DNA of 64,000 nt from Octopus sinensis (lineage: Eukaryota), in assembly GCF_006345805.1 (NCBI RefSeq), contig NC_043003.1, positions 58,094,001 through 58,158,000 on the forward strand, written 5' to 3'. A program made the position numbers and the translations under genes. Of this stretch, positions 51,631 through 64,000 are shown piece by piece (the stretch's first letter is position 1; each line of letters begins with the position of its first letter). The notes under the pieces were generated by a model. It saw nothing but the letters and a program-made list of their open reading frames with translations, ran no database searches and was not told the DNA's origin.

Positions 51631-52339
51631 TAATATATATATTAAGAAACAGAAAATTCATAGCTTATTCCTCATCAGCCAGTGTTGAAAGACCATTACA
51701 ATTTTGCGCCTTTAAACTTTGATATTGTTCACTTTTGGTGTCACCTGTGGCGAAAAGCCTCTGGGAATAGACAACGAATGTATAGGACAACAAAAACAAA
51801 CACAACACAATAAAATATACATATACAAGATGGTATAAATGTGTATAGATGTATACACGCACATATATGTACATGTATATATGTGTTTGTGTTTATCCCC
51901 CAGATCTGTGCCACTCAGAAAACCTATCTCTGAAGTTTGTAAGATTTATTTGAGGGAATCTGGCTGCTGTTTCTTGCAGGTCAAAAACTGTTTAAGAGTC
52001 TTCTGGTGGTTAATTCGACAGAGGTAGAGGTGTAGAGCAAGGATGCTGGTAGAGATAGTATTGACAAGAGCATCATCATTCTCATGGGATACCCCAATGT
52101 TTTAGAGATAAAGATTTGTTAAATATCTAAATGAAATTTCTTAACTTGTGTATTATCTGAGCTCTGTAATTGTTAGTTTTTAGCTCATGCCAATAATGGT
52201 GGTGGTCACTCGAGTAGTAAGTAGTAGTAGTAGTAAACCTTTCAATATATTTATAGACAAATCATATCCGTCTATATATGTGTGGGTATGTAGGTCTGTA
52301 TATATATATATATGTGTGTGTGTGTGTTTGTGTTATATG

Positions 52340-52376
<37 letters not shown>

Positions 52377-53053
52377 GTATAGCACTTATCACTACCACTA
52401 TATCAATATTTATGTTCACATCTATCAATATTTATCTCTCTTCTGTCCGTCTGTCTATCTATTTGTTTTTCCCTTGTTTTGGTCATTATTTAACCATCTA
52501 TCTCTGTTGGTTTCTCTCCCACCCAGCCGTCCACCTCTTCTTTCCCCACCTCTCTCTACTCTGTATGTGTGTGTATGTATATATATATATTTATATATAT
52601 ATATATTATGTGCGTGTGTGTATATATATATATTATATATAGTCATTATTTGCTAGTCTATCAGTCATTCGTTATATATAATTATATATATATATGTGTG
52701 TGTGTGTCTGTATGTCTATCTCCACCACCACCCAACACTGCCCAGCATCTTTCTCACTCGCTCTCTCATTTCTCATTCGTTTTATCTTGGTCTTTATCTG
52801 ACTATTTATCTATCAATCCTCACTCTGCCAATATATCTATTTCGATATCTTTTTCCTACTTGGCAACTCCATCATTTTCGTCATCATATATCTGTAAAAA
52901 GGTAAAATTCATTTAAATTCATTTAAATTTGAAAAAAACGATAAGTTATGGAGGAGAAATAGGGCTACAAAGAGGAAGAAAAACCCTATTAAACACCCTG
53001 CAATAAAAATATTTTTTCTGTTAATTCAAACGATATTGGGATACCCTAAATTA

Positions 53054-53342
53054 CAAGGATGTGCCAAAAAGTTCGCTGGGCAAAATGCTTGGCGGTATTT
53101 CGTCTGTCTTTACGTTCCGAGTTCAAATTCCTCCGAGGTCAACTTTGCCTTTCATCCTTTCAGGGTCGATAAAATAAGTATCAGTTGCAAACTGGGGGCG
53201 ATTTAATCAACTGGGGCCCCATCCCCCAAAATTCCGAGCCTTGTGCCTAGAGTAGAAAAGAAAATACAGAAGGATCAGTTAATTATAATTTTATTTAACA
53301 TATTCCCCTCTCAGATTCACATACTTGTGGCTGCAGTCCTTC

Positions 53343-53344
<2 letters not shown>
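53054..53344 (-). mobile_element. Mariner-derived element end, split by a SINE-B (53075-53260)
   Basis: TA-CAAGGATGTGCCAAAAAGTTC TIR-like start at 53052; the minus frame at 53291-53344 ends [17 protein letters not shown], resembling the mariner C-terminal RW.KC...NGEYVE motif. Confidence 0.55.
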
Positions 53345-53402
<58 letters not shown>

Positions 53403-53424
53403 CATATATATATGTATATATATA

Positions 53425-53480
<56 letters not shown>

Positions 53481-53512
53481 GTAATATATATATACATATA
53501 TGTATGTATATA

Positions 53513-53597
<85 letters not shown>

Positions 53598-53603
53598 TGT
53601 ATG

Positions 53604-53640
<37 letters not shown>

Positions 53641-53665
53641 GTATATATTGTATAATATATATATG

Positions 53666-53703
<38 letters not shown>

Positions 53704-53706
53704 TAT
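53345..53706. repeat. Long interrupted (TA)n, about 360 bp
   Basis: Direct inspection. Confidence 0.97.
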
Positions 53707-54019
53707 CGGAAACAAGTTAAATAAATGTCATTACATATTTTTCCTTTATTGAAGCAAATTTGTCTTACAGCTGTTTCCACCCAGATTGATAATCCCTCAA
53801 TATATATATATATATTTATGTACATATGTATGTATAAGTGTGTGTATATATATGTATGTATTATGTATAAGTGTGTGTGTGTGTGTGTATATATATATGT
53901 ATGTATATATATATCATGTGACCGACCAGACCATCAGATGTTGTTATACATCGCTGGTCACAATGCGTTCGCATTGTTTAGCCTTCGAATGACGCCACCC
54001 CGCTGGCTAAGCAAGCAGG

Positions 54020-54068
<49 letters not shown>

Positions 54069-54149
54069 GTATGTATATATATATATGTATGTATATATAT
54101 ATCTATCTATCTATCTATATATATATATATATATATGCATATATGTATG

Positions 54150-54343
54150 TAGTGTGTGTAAAAAGCACCCACTACACTCACGGAGTGGTTGGCGTTAGGA
54201 AGGGCATCCAGCTGTAGAAACATTGCCAGATAAGACTGGAGCCTGGTGCAGCCTTCTGGCTTCCCAGATCCCCAGTCGAACCGTCCAACCCATGCTAGCA
54301 TGGAGAACGGACGTTAAACGATGATGATGATGATGATGATGAT
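54150..54343 (+). mobile_element. Family C element 3' part, young
   Basis: AAAAGCACCCACTACACTCACGGAGTGGTTGGCGTTAGGAAGGGCATCC...ACGGACGTTAAAC(GAT)n; close to 16120-16298. Confidence 0.88.
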
Positions 54344-54992
54344 GTATGCATACATTTCTGTATATACATGATTAATAGCGATAGAAGGTGTATTTATCCC
54401 CTCTTAAATGCTGTGTTAGAACACAAAATACTGTGATAGTTACCTTGACACAACCTCCAGGCTTCCACACAGTTTCTGCAAAGGCATTGGTCAGCCCAGG
54501 GCTACAGCAGAAGACACTTGCCCACCCAAGTTGCCACGCATAAGGACTGAACCTGATACCACTGGGTTGCAGAGCTAGCTTCTTCTATCTATCTATCTCT
54601 ATCTATCTATCTACCTATCTGCCTAATCTAATTGCACCTACTTATCTACCTATCCTCCCACCACCACCTGATCTTTTCAGTGTTTGTATGCCTATCTCTC
54701 GACCCACCCACCTACTTTTCTCCTTCTCCTCCTCTGATCCATCCTTTCTTAATCCAACCCCTGCCCCCCCCCAGTCCCCACTTTTTATGTCTGTCTGTCT
54801 GTCTGCCTGTCTTACAAGGAAACACTTATCAGTCCAAATATCTCTTCTTTATTTCTCGTGACCACATCACTCAATTATTTTACTTCTTTGAGAATGGAAT
54901 TTCTTTTGATTTTCCTCTCAATCTTCCTGGATTCTTCACGAACAAAAACCTATTATTATTATTACTATTATCATTATTATTTATTATCATTG

Positions 54993-55024
<32 letters not shown>

Positions 55025-55210
55025 GATGATGATGATGAGGATAATAATGATGTTACTAACAATGATTACAATCATTATCATATTTGTTATCAATTTTTCT
55101 TTTTCTTTTTGTTTGTTTTATTCATTTTGTTTTTGGTTTGTTTTTGCATTATTGTTGACATGGCTGTTGTTATCAACACATCAATGCTGCTATTATCCTC
55201 GTTTTCATCA

Positions 55211-55241
<31 letters not shown>

Positions 55242-55974
55242 CATCACCACCATTACCATTGTCGTCATCATCATCATCATCATCATCGTCTTCATCGTCA
55301 TCCACTATGCATTGGCTGGGAATGCATGAAACTATGCAATCACTGCCACATGTGCATGTATGTATATTTGTATATATGCATATGCACACATATGAATGCC
55401 TGTAAGGGGTGGGTGGATGGGTGTTGTAGTGAGCGATGGTAAAACGGGGGGTGAGGAGATGAACTCGGGGGGAGGGGAAGGATAGCAGATATGGCAGAAG
55501 AAGAAGAGGAAGTGGAGGAGGAGGGAAAAGAAGGGAGGAAGAAAGATTTCGGTGAGGTTAGCAATGCAAGAGCTGGGGTAGGAGGTTGAAGTGAAGTTGG
55601 ATAGGTGCAAGGACATGTCGGGAGATAGGGATGCAGCGAGAAGGGATGGGTGAATACTATAGAAAGTCTGCTGGTTAGGAAGGTGCTTTTGTCATAAAAT
55701 TCCGGTATCTGAAGACTCATTTCTTTAAAAAAAAATATTTTAAGAAAAAAAAATTTATAAATAAAAACAGAAAAAATAGCCCCAACCATTATCTCCCCCT
55801 CTGCCAGCACCCCTCTCCCCCCTCTCTCTCTCTGTTCCTTTTTTTAATCATAACTAGAAAATTGAAAAATGAAAAAATATAAAATCACAGCCCCACCCTC
55901 TCCCCCACCCCTCAAATATTAAAATCCTTATGAGACTATTGTCATCCGTTTGGCCTCTGTCACCACTACTGCTA

Positions 55975-56278
55975 CCACAAGTGTCAACATCAGCATCATC
56001 ATCATCATTATCACCAGTGTCATTCTATTATCATCATCATTCCATCATCTTCACCGTCATCGTTGTTGCCGTCATGATCATCACCATCATCATCATTCCA
56101 TCATCATCAGCACCAATGTCGTCACCATCATCATCATCACCATCATCATTGTCATCACCACTACCACCGTCGTCATCATCATTATCATCATCATCACCAC
56201 CAGCACTATTCCATCATAATCATCATCACCATCATCATCATAGTCATCATCGTCATTGTCATCACCATCCTCATAATC

Positions 56279-56310
<32 letters not shown>

Positions 56311-56320
56311 CACTGCAATT
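55975..56320. repeat. Degenerate (CAT)n/(CAC)n field
   Basis: Source of the poly-H/S/I ORFs; similar fields at 33700-33990, 57030-57225, 57350-57660. Confidence 0.9.
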
Positions 56321-56549
56321 ATTACCAGATTCTTTATCTCTTTGTCTTTTTGCTTGTGACAGTCATTAGACTGATGCCAAGCTGGAGCAGCCTACCTTGA
56401 AGGGCGTTTTCTCTCAAACAGTACTTAGTGTTTTTGTTTCCTTTTTTCAAGTCCAATACTTATATTATTGGTGTAGTTTTGCCAAACCTCTAGCTTCCAG
56501 GGATGTAAACAAGCCAACACCAGTTGTCAAATAGATGTGAAAATATCAC

Positions 56550-56925
56550 AGGAGTCGCTGTGTGGTAAGTAGCTTGCTTACCAACCACTTGGTTCTGGGC
56601 TCAGCCCCATTGCTTGGCACCTTGGTCAAGTGTCTTCTACTATAGTCTCAGGCCATTCAAGGCCTTGTGAGTGGATTTGGTAGATGGAAACTGAAAGAAG
56701 CCCATTGTATATATATGTATGTTTGTGTGTCTGTGTATGTCCCCCCCAACATCGGTTGTCAACCGATGTTGGTGTGTTTGCATCCCTGTAACTTAGCAGT
56801 TCAGCAAAAGTGACCGATAGAACAAGTACTAGGTTTACAAAGAATAAGTCCTGGGAGTTGATTTGTTCAACTAAAAGCGGTGCTCCAGCATGGCTGCAGT
56901 CAAATGACAAATAAAAGAATAAAAG
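56550..56925 (+). mobile_element. SINE-A, full length
   Basis: Head, body and tail present; an antisense A tail fragment lies just upstream at 56340-56530. Confidence 0.88.
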
Positions 56926-58131
56926 AACAATCATACATAGACATGGTTGTGTGGCTTTAAGAAGCTTGCATTTTTTGCAACCTTGTGGTCTCAGGTTCAG
57001 TCCCACTGCACAGCTACCTACAACACTACTGCTACCTTAAACATCACCACCACCACCACCACCATTGCCATCACCACTACCACCATCATCCCCACCACTA
57101 CCATTACCACCATCGCCACTACCACCACCACCATCACCATCGTTACTACAATAACCACCACTACCATCACCACCACTACCATCACTACCACCACCACCAC
57201 CACCACCATCGTTACTACCCTTATATCAGAAAGGTCTTCAGGAAGGAACATTTCTCTTTTTTTTCCCTCTCTCCAATTCCACAAACAACAGAACCATATT
57301 GCAATCTTGGAATTGTTCTTCAGACTGACTCACTCTGTGTGTCTCAGACATCATTGTTGTTGCCATTACTGTTGTTGTTGTTGTCATTCATAACTTGTGG
57401 GGGTGTTGTGGCTGTTGTTATTGTTGTAACTCCTGCTGCTGCTGCTGTTATTGTAATTTGTGGGTGCTGTAGAAACTGTTGTCGTTGTTACAGGTGTAGT
57501 TGCAGAGATAGCCTTTGTTATTGTTTCTGCTGTTCTTGTTGTTGTTATTGTTGTAACATGCAGCTGATGTAGCTTTTTGTTATTGTTGTTGTTGTTGTTG
57601 TTGTTATTGAAATTGTTGTAGTTGTAGGATCTCTTGTTGATGTTGTTGTCGTTGTCGTCACTTTGTACATCTTTCTTCTCCTCCTGGTTATTCTGAATCC
57701 GGGATTGCAATACTGCTATATCCTCCTCCTCCTCCCCATCATCAATCATCATCATCTTCCTTTCATTCCATCGTCTTCATGCTTTCTCCCCGACACTCCC
57801 CTCCCCCCACACATATACACAAACTCTACAACAATCAAATCCATCTATATTCCTCATTATCATCATCATCACCACCACCACCATCACATCAGCCATCCAT
57901 ACCATCACTACCCTCATTGTTGTTTCTAGGTGTATCTATTCCACCACCATCCCTTCAACCCCCCCACACACACACACACACACACTTTGTCATCTTTGTG
58001 GTTGTCATATCTCTTCCCTTCCCTTCCCTCACATTGTCTCAACATATCCACCACCACCACCACCACCACCACCACCACATTTTCTTTACACATTGTTATT
58101 ACCAGTCATTGCAGCTCCCCCCCCCCCCCTC

Positions 58132-58536
58132 ATCTATGAACCTCTTTGAGTACTATTTTGTTCTGGTGAATCCCTCACCCATAGCCATTCAATGGTTAAA
58201 AACTAGTTTTATAGAACCTTCTTTCAAGATCCCCCCCGTTTTGTTTTACATATAGTTTTGTTTTTAAAGACAGGGAGCTGGCAGAAATGTTAGCATGCTG
58301 GGCGAAATGCTTTGCAGTATTTCATCTGTCTTTGTGTTCTGAGTTCAAATTCCACCGAGGTCGACTTTGCTTTAGGCGTAGGAGTGGCTGTGTAGTAAGT
58401 AGCTTGCTTACCAACCACATGATTCCAGGTTCAGTCCCACTGCGTGGCACTTTGGGCAAGTGTCTCCTACTATAGCCTTGGGCCAACCAAAACCTTGAGT
58501 GGATTTGGAAACTGAAAGAAGCCTATCGTATATATG

Positions 58537-58574
<38 letters not shown>

Positions 58575-59490
58575 TGTGTGCGTGTGTGTCTGTGTTTGTC
58601 CCCCCAACATAGCTTGACAACCGATGCTGGTGTGTTTATGTCCCTGTAACTTAGCGGTTCAACAAAAGAGACCAATAGAATAAGTACTAGTCTTACAAAG
58701 AATAAGTCCCGGGGATCGATTCGCTAGACTAAGGGCAGTGCTCCAGCATGGCCACAGTCAAATGGCTGAAACAAGTAAAAGAGTAAAAGAGAATACATTA
58801 ACTTGTGTAGGTTGAATTATGTAAAATATTAGATAAAGAAACCTTGCTGTTTCTTGCAATACACACCAATACATACATCTAAATAAAGCAGGGATTCTCT
58901 ACCATTTTATAGAAGCTTCTTTCAGAATTCCTATTTTGTTTTTCCCACATTAATTTGTCTAAGTTGAACTCTGTAAAATGTTAGAGAAAGAAACCTAGAT
59001 GTTTCTTGCAATACACACCAATACATACATCTAAATAAAGCAGAGATTCTCAACCATTTTCCATCTATGAACCTCTTTGATTACTTTTTCTTTGTAAGCC
59101 TAGTACATATTCTATCGGTGTCTCTTGTGAAACCGCTAAGTGACGGGGACGTAAACACACCAGCATCGGTTGTCAAGCGATGTTGGGAGGAGAAACACAG
59201 ACACACAAACATGTACACACACATACATATGTATACATATATATACAACAGGCTTCTTTCAGTTTCCGTCTACCAAATCCACTCACAAGACTTTGGTCAG
59301 TACGAGGCTATAGTAGAAGACACTTGCCCAAGGTGCCATGCAGTGGGACTGAACCCAGAACCATGTGGTTGGTAAGCAAGCTACTAACCACACAGCCACT
59401 GCTACGCCTATTGTACTGTGTCCCCAATTTATTATTTCGCTTGTATGAACCCCCAAGGGTCATATGGACCCTGATTGAAAACCGACAGAT
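58132..59490 (+). mobile_element. Head-to-tail array of a hAT-like MITE interrupted by SINEs
   Basis: 152-bp period duplication (AAAGAAACC at 58835 and 58987; CAG.GATTCTC.ACC at 58889 and 59041); SINE-B head at 58268-58373, SINE-A at 58376-58795 (+) and 59085-59410 (-). Confidence 0.65.
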
Positions 59491-60151
59491 ACAGAAAATC
59501 CCTCAGTATCTTGTGATTGTAGTGGTATAATTTCAGTAGTAAGTAGCTCTTTTTTTGGTTTTATCTCTTCGACCCTAGGTGACAAACTGAATCAAAGACA
59601 TTCCAGCACTGACCATTCCTTCTTATTGTTGAGATGTAGTGTATCTGAGAGTATTTTTATTTTTACGCGTTCTCCCTATCATCTTGAAGACAGTAAGCTA
59701 TGATTTGAGGGAAATTTAGCTGCTTCTATATATTTATGTAATGTCATTATGGCACCACTTTGACCTAGGTGGTGGTGACAGCAGAAGCGGCAGTGGCACT
59801 CATGATGAGTAGCCAGGTAGATAAATAGGAAGGCTGGGGTATCTTAGCATCACGACATTAATAGAAAATTTACAAAGTAAAAAAAATGAATGAATCTCTG
59901 AATATTCTCTTTCCTATATCCATTCCTGTTAATTACATAGAATACAAATTTTCTTCATGTTTCAATTCAACGTTCTGGTAATGATGTTTTTTGGTGTTGT
60001 TTTGCTTATTTTTGTTTCTTTAATGATATTTTTTTTTTTCAATTTCTTCTGCAAAATTATATGGCTTGTATGTTTACAAATACACATAGATTATCAACAC
60101 ATAATAGATTAGCAGGATTTACTGCAATAAGCTAACAACAACAACAACAAC

Positions 60152-60189
<38 letters not shown>

Positions 60190-60194
60190 TAATA

Positions 60195-60386
60195 ATCCTT
60201 TCTACTATAGGCTCAAGGCATGAAATTTGGGGTAGGGGGTAGTCAGTTACATCAACCCCAGTGCGTAATTGGTACTGATTTTATCGACCCTGAAAGGACG
60301 AAAGGCAATGTTGACCTCGGCAGAATTTGAACTCAGAACATAACGGCAGACGAAATACCGCTTAACAATTCTGCCAGCTTGCCGCC

Positions 60387-60429
<43 letters not shown>

Positions 60430-60851
60430 TGATGATTTCCCATTTTTGAACAAGGCCAGCAATTTTCGGGGGAAATCATTTACATCAATCCCAGTGCTTG
60501 ATCAGTACTTTATTTTATTGACCCTGGAAAGGTGAAAGGTAAAGTTGACATCGATGGAATTTGAACTCAGAACATGTAGACAGACAGAATGCCGCTAAGC
60601 ATTATGCCTGGTCTAATAATGATTCTGCCAGCTCACCACCTTAATAATAATTTCTACTGTAGGCACAAAGCCTGAAATTTTAGGGGAGGGGCCTAGTCAA
60701 CCCCAATATTTCACTGATAGTTATTTTATCAACCCCAGAAGGATGAAAGACAAAAATGACCTTTGCAGAATTTGAACTCAGAGCATGGAGACAAATGAAA
60801 TGCTGCTAGGCATTTTGTCCCATGAGCTAGAAATTCTGCCAACTCACAGCC

Positions 60852-60907
<56 letters not shown>

Positions 60908-61255
60908 CCTTTCTACTTTAGGCACAAGGCCTGAAATTTTGGGGGAGGAGACTAGTCGATTACGTCGACCCCAGTGTTTCATCAGTACTTAATTTATTGA
61001 CCCCCAAAAGGATAAAAGGCAAAGTTGATCTCAGCAGAATTTGAACTCGGATCGTCAAGGCAGACAAAATACCGCTAAGCATTTCACCTGACATGCTAAT
61101 GATTCTGCCAGCTCACCACCTTAACTGTAATAATAACAATAATAATGATAATTATAATAATAATAATAATAATAATAATCATTTCTACTATACACACAAG
61201 TCCTGAAATTTTAGGGGAAGGGGACCAATTAATTTTGTTGACCCCAGTACTCGAG
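60195..61255 (-). mobile_element. Five co-oriented SINE-B (B1) copies, most separated by (TAA)n
   Basis: Copies at about 60195-60390, 60435-60645, 60650-60855, 60905-61125 and 61180-61255 (partial); the four complete ones end ..GCCAGCT....CCTTAA on the plus strand. Confidence 0.92.
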
Positions 61256-61510
61256 TGGTAGATGGAAACTAAAAGAAGCCCATCGTTTATATATGTGTGT
61301 GTGTATGTATTTGTATGTCTGTGTTTGTCCTCCCACTATCACTTGACAACCGATGTTGGTGTGTTTACATCCCTGTAACTTAGCGGTTCAGCAAAGGAGA
61401 CCAATAGAATAAGTACTAGGCTTACAAACAATGAGTCCTGGGGTCGATTTGTTCGACTAAAAGGCAGTGCTCCAGCATGGCTGCAGTCAAAATGACTGAA
61501 ACAAATAAAA
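61255..61510 (+). mobile_element. SINE-A, 5'-truncated
   Basis: Starts at GGTAGATGGAAACTAAAAGAAGCCC; tail conserved. Confidence 0.88.
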
Positions 61511-61759
61511 TAAAATAAACTAAAATAAAAAAATATTAGAATTTCAATTTAAGACACTAAAGCCAGTCCTGACATGTTAGGTCTTCTGTCCTGGCCGTCC
61601 CCTTAATCCTTACCAACTTCTAAATTGCTATTGTTTACCTTTTTACTTCACCTGTCCTTCAGGACCTGTTTCAATGGCTTGTGTTGGGTCGGAGGTGGGG
61701 TTTTGGTGAAGGTGGGTGCTTAACAGGGGAAGATCTTCAACAATTATCTCACTTCACTT

Positions 61760-61985
61760 TTGTTGCTTCTTTCTTTCTTTTCTTCTGCTTTTTTCTTCTT
61801 TTTTTTTTCTTTTTACCTTATGTCATCTTTTCCCAACCCCTTTCTTCCTTCCTTTTTGCTTCCTTTTCTTTCCTTCTTCTTTCCTCTCTTTTTATCTTTC
61901 TATTCTTCCCTGCTTTCTGCTTTTCTTTCCTTCCACTCTTTCTTTCTTTCCATCTTTCTTTCTTTCTCTTCTCTCTCTCTTTCTT

Positions 61986-62016
<31 letters not shown>

Positions 62017-62210
62017 CTCTCTCTTTCTTTCTTTGTTTCTTTGTTTCTCTCTTTCTTTCTTTCTTTCTGTCTCTCTCTTTCTTTCTTCCTTTGTTTCTTT
62101 CTTTCTTTCCATGTTTCTTTCTCTCTCCCTTTCTCTCTCCCTTTCTTTCTTTGTTTCTTTCTTTCCTTCTTTTTTCGTTTTCTTCTTTCTTTATTTATTT
62201 CTTCTGGAAT
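61760..62210. repeat. Polypyrimidine (CTTT)n/(CT)n field
   Basis: Source of the F/L/S-rich ORFs. Confidence 0.93.
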
Positions 62211-62229
62211 CCTTTTTTACTTTCCACCC

Positions 62230-62540
62230 TTGTTAGTGGATTTTGCAGATGGAAACTGAGAGAAGCCTATCATGTAAAACTGTGTGCATGTGTGTCCTCT
62301 TGCCTTGACATTGTGTGACGGCTGTAAACAAGCATTACCTCCATACAAGCAGTGTTGTTTGTTTCCAATATTTCTATGAAAACATGTCTAGTGATGGGGA
62401 AGCGTTACCTTGTTTCAAAGCGGATGAGGGTTAACAACAGGAAGGGTATCCAGCTGTAGACAGTCTGCATCCTTAAACTCCATCCATCCAACCCATGCAA
62501 GCATGGAAAAAAGAAAGATATGATCATGACAATGATGATA
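62230..62540 (+). mobile_element. Family F element (SINE-A-type 5' body plus RTE-type tail)
   Basis: GTGGATTTTGCAGATGGAAACTGAGAGAAGCC (A body), then the F segment and CCAACCCATGCAAGCATGGAAAA tail. Confidence 0.75.
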
Positions 62541-63734
62541 ATGATGATAACGACGATGATGATGATGATGATGATGGTGATGACGATGTGCCTTTCTTCT
62601 TCATTTTCTTTTCCCTCTGTCATCCTTACTTATTTTTTTTTTTTTCATTTTTCTTCACTTCTTTCTTTTCTGCTGTCTTTCCTTTCTTCTTTCCTCTCTT
62701 TTTTTTTTCTTTCTCCCCTTTCGTGCCAAGCCTCTTCACTTCTATGTTGTATTTTTGTGTCTGGCAAAAAAAAAACAACAAAAAACAAAAAAAAAACAGC
62801 AACTGAAGCAGATTTGCAACAACAACAACACCACCACCAACAACAACAACACCAACTGTACTCTGTTATGATAACAACTAGAAATGTCAAACAGATATGA
62901 CTTGTAGTGCTAATAATCCTAAGGGATGTTTTTGTTTTGTTTTCTCTTCTCTACTTATTCTTATATTCTTATTGAGTGGGGGATGGGGGTTGGGGGTGGG
63001 GTGAGTGAGGGATGGGTAGTTGGGTGGGGGGACAACAACCAAACATTGGTTTCTGCTGACTAGAATGATTAATTCTCTTTGAAAGAGAGAACTGGCAAAT
63101 GAAGGGAAAAGAACGGTCAGGGAATTATGTGTGTGTATGTATACATATATATATGTATATATACATATATATACATATATACACACATATACATACACAC
63201 ATATATACATATATATAAATATATATACACATATACATTTATACATACACTTATATTTATATACATATGTGTGCATGTGTGTGTGTGTATATATATTTAC
63301 ATACATACATACATACATACATATGTTCTCACACACATGCACGCATACACATACACACACATGCACGTGCACACACACAACACTAGGTTGTACCTATTGT
63401 GTAAAGTTTAAATTGATCTGTTGTTGATTTCGTCTCCATTTTTTTTTAAGCCAATGGAGACCTCACTCCTACCCTCCACTGTTCTTGTTTATCATCCTCT
63501 TACCATCCCCCAATGTCTTGAACCCCTTGTGACCAATCAAAGAAATCGTGATTACGTGTGCAGTGGAGTGGCAGAATTATTGGTAAAACTATTTTGCAAT
63601 ATTTGTTCCTGTTCTTTGCATTCTGAGTTCAAATCCAGCCGAGGTCAACTTTGCCTGTCATCTTGTGGGACTGGTAAGATAAAGTACCAATGACATACTG
63701 TGGTTGATTGTATTGACAAATTGCTCCCACTCTA

Positions 63735-63950
63735 ACTGTATTTCTGTTGAGATGCTCTGCGTTTCTTTCAATTAATTTTAAATATAGCAAAGAATTTAGT
63801 AAAATAACTTGGTAATCATTAAGTTAATGTTAGGAACATAAATTATGACTAAGGTTTGGTGGAAGATTTTAATTCAAAACTTATAGAAACAAGATATTTG
63901 TACTACAGAGCCAGAGGCAGTTTCAGCTGGGTTGGTATCGAAAGGGTTAA
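63735..63950 (+). mobile_element. piggyBac-like MITE (second family); another copy begins at 63974
   Basis: Right end GGTATCGAAAGGG-TTAA (63934-63950) is the inverted counterpart of TTAA-CCCTTTTGTTACC at 63974. ATTTCTGT following the second start matches the beginning of the first copy. Confidence 0.75.
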
Positions 63951-64000
63951 GAATTGTTTCTCTATTATATATTTTAACCCTTTTGTTACCATATTTCTGT

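Noticed and set aside
53708-53800. Possible further mariner-like terminus (..ATTGATAATCCCTC)
   Set aside because: No matching second TIR or coding remnant is visible.
55400-55700. Purine-rich stretch encoding MAEEEEEVEEEGKEGRKKDF..
   Set aside because: Short low-complexity frame with an early stop and no credible splice sites.
1-64000. The long ORFs of the track (e.g. 28016-28921 301 aa, 54632-55405 257 aa, 33943-34611, 17533-18174, 61681-62318)
   Set aside because: They are translations of microsatellites (YI, HT, CV, SIYL, poly-H/I/D/L, F/L/S runs) or SINE bodies, with no domain-like content.

Overview
AT-rich, microsatellite-saturated animal genomic DNA. The dense (TA)n/(CA)n/(TCTA)n/(ATT)n tracts and the style of the interspersed repeats suggest a coleoid cephalopod, probably Octopus; this is an inference, not a database result. 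I found no intact protein-coding gene, rRNA, tRNA gene or CRISPR array. Almost all listed ORFs are translations of simple repeats or SINEs. The window reads as intronic or intergenic sequence built from: (i) dozens of copies of several modular SINE or non-autonomous retroelement families (my working labels A-F; tRNA-type heads, a shared central block, RTE-type tails); (ii) recognisable relics of autonomous elements (a Tc1/mariner deletion derivative with both TIRs at 14219-14588, an RTE ORF2 C-terminus at 24098-24568, and a CR1-group endonuclease plus RT relic at 40200-41560 on the minus strand); (iii) several MITE-like elements (long-TIR, piggyBac-like, hAT-like, mariner-derived); (iv) three minisatellites. 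The most unusual direct observations are a perfect, spacer-less 162-bp palindrome (8839-9000), a canonical AG|GTATGT candidate recursive splice site (31810/31811), a ready-made cryptic exon carried by antisense SINE-A copies, a hammerhead-like motif at 16387-16422, a 91-bp near-identical duplication joining two different SINE-B subfamilies, and a five-copy head-to-tail SINE train in (TAA)n. I cannot claim a new biological system from sequence alone; these are testable leads. Boundaries of dispersed repeats are approximate (about 10-20 bp).
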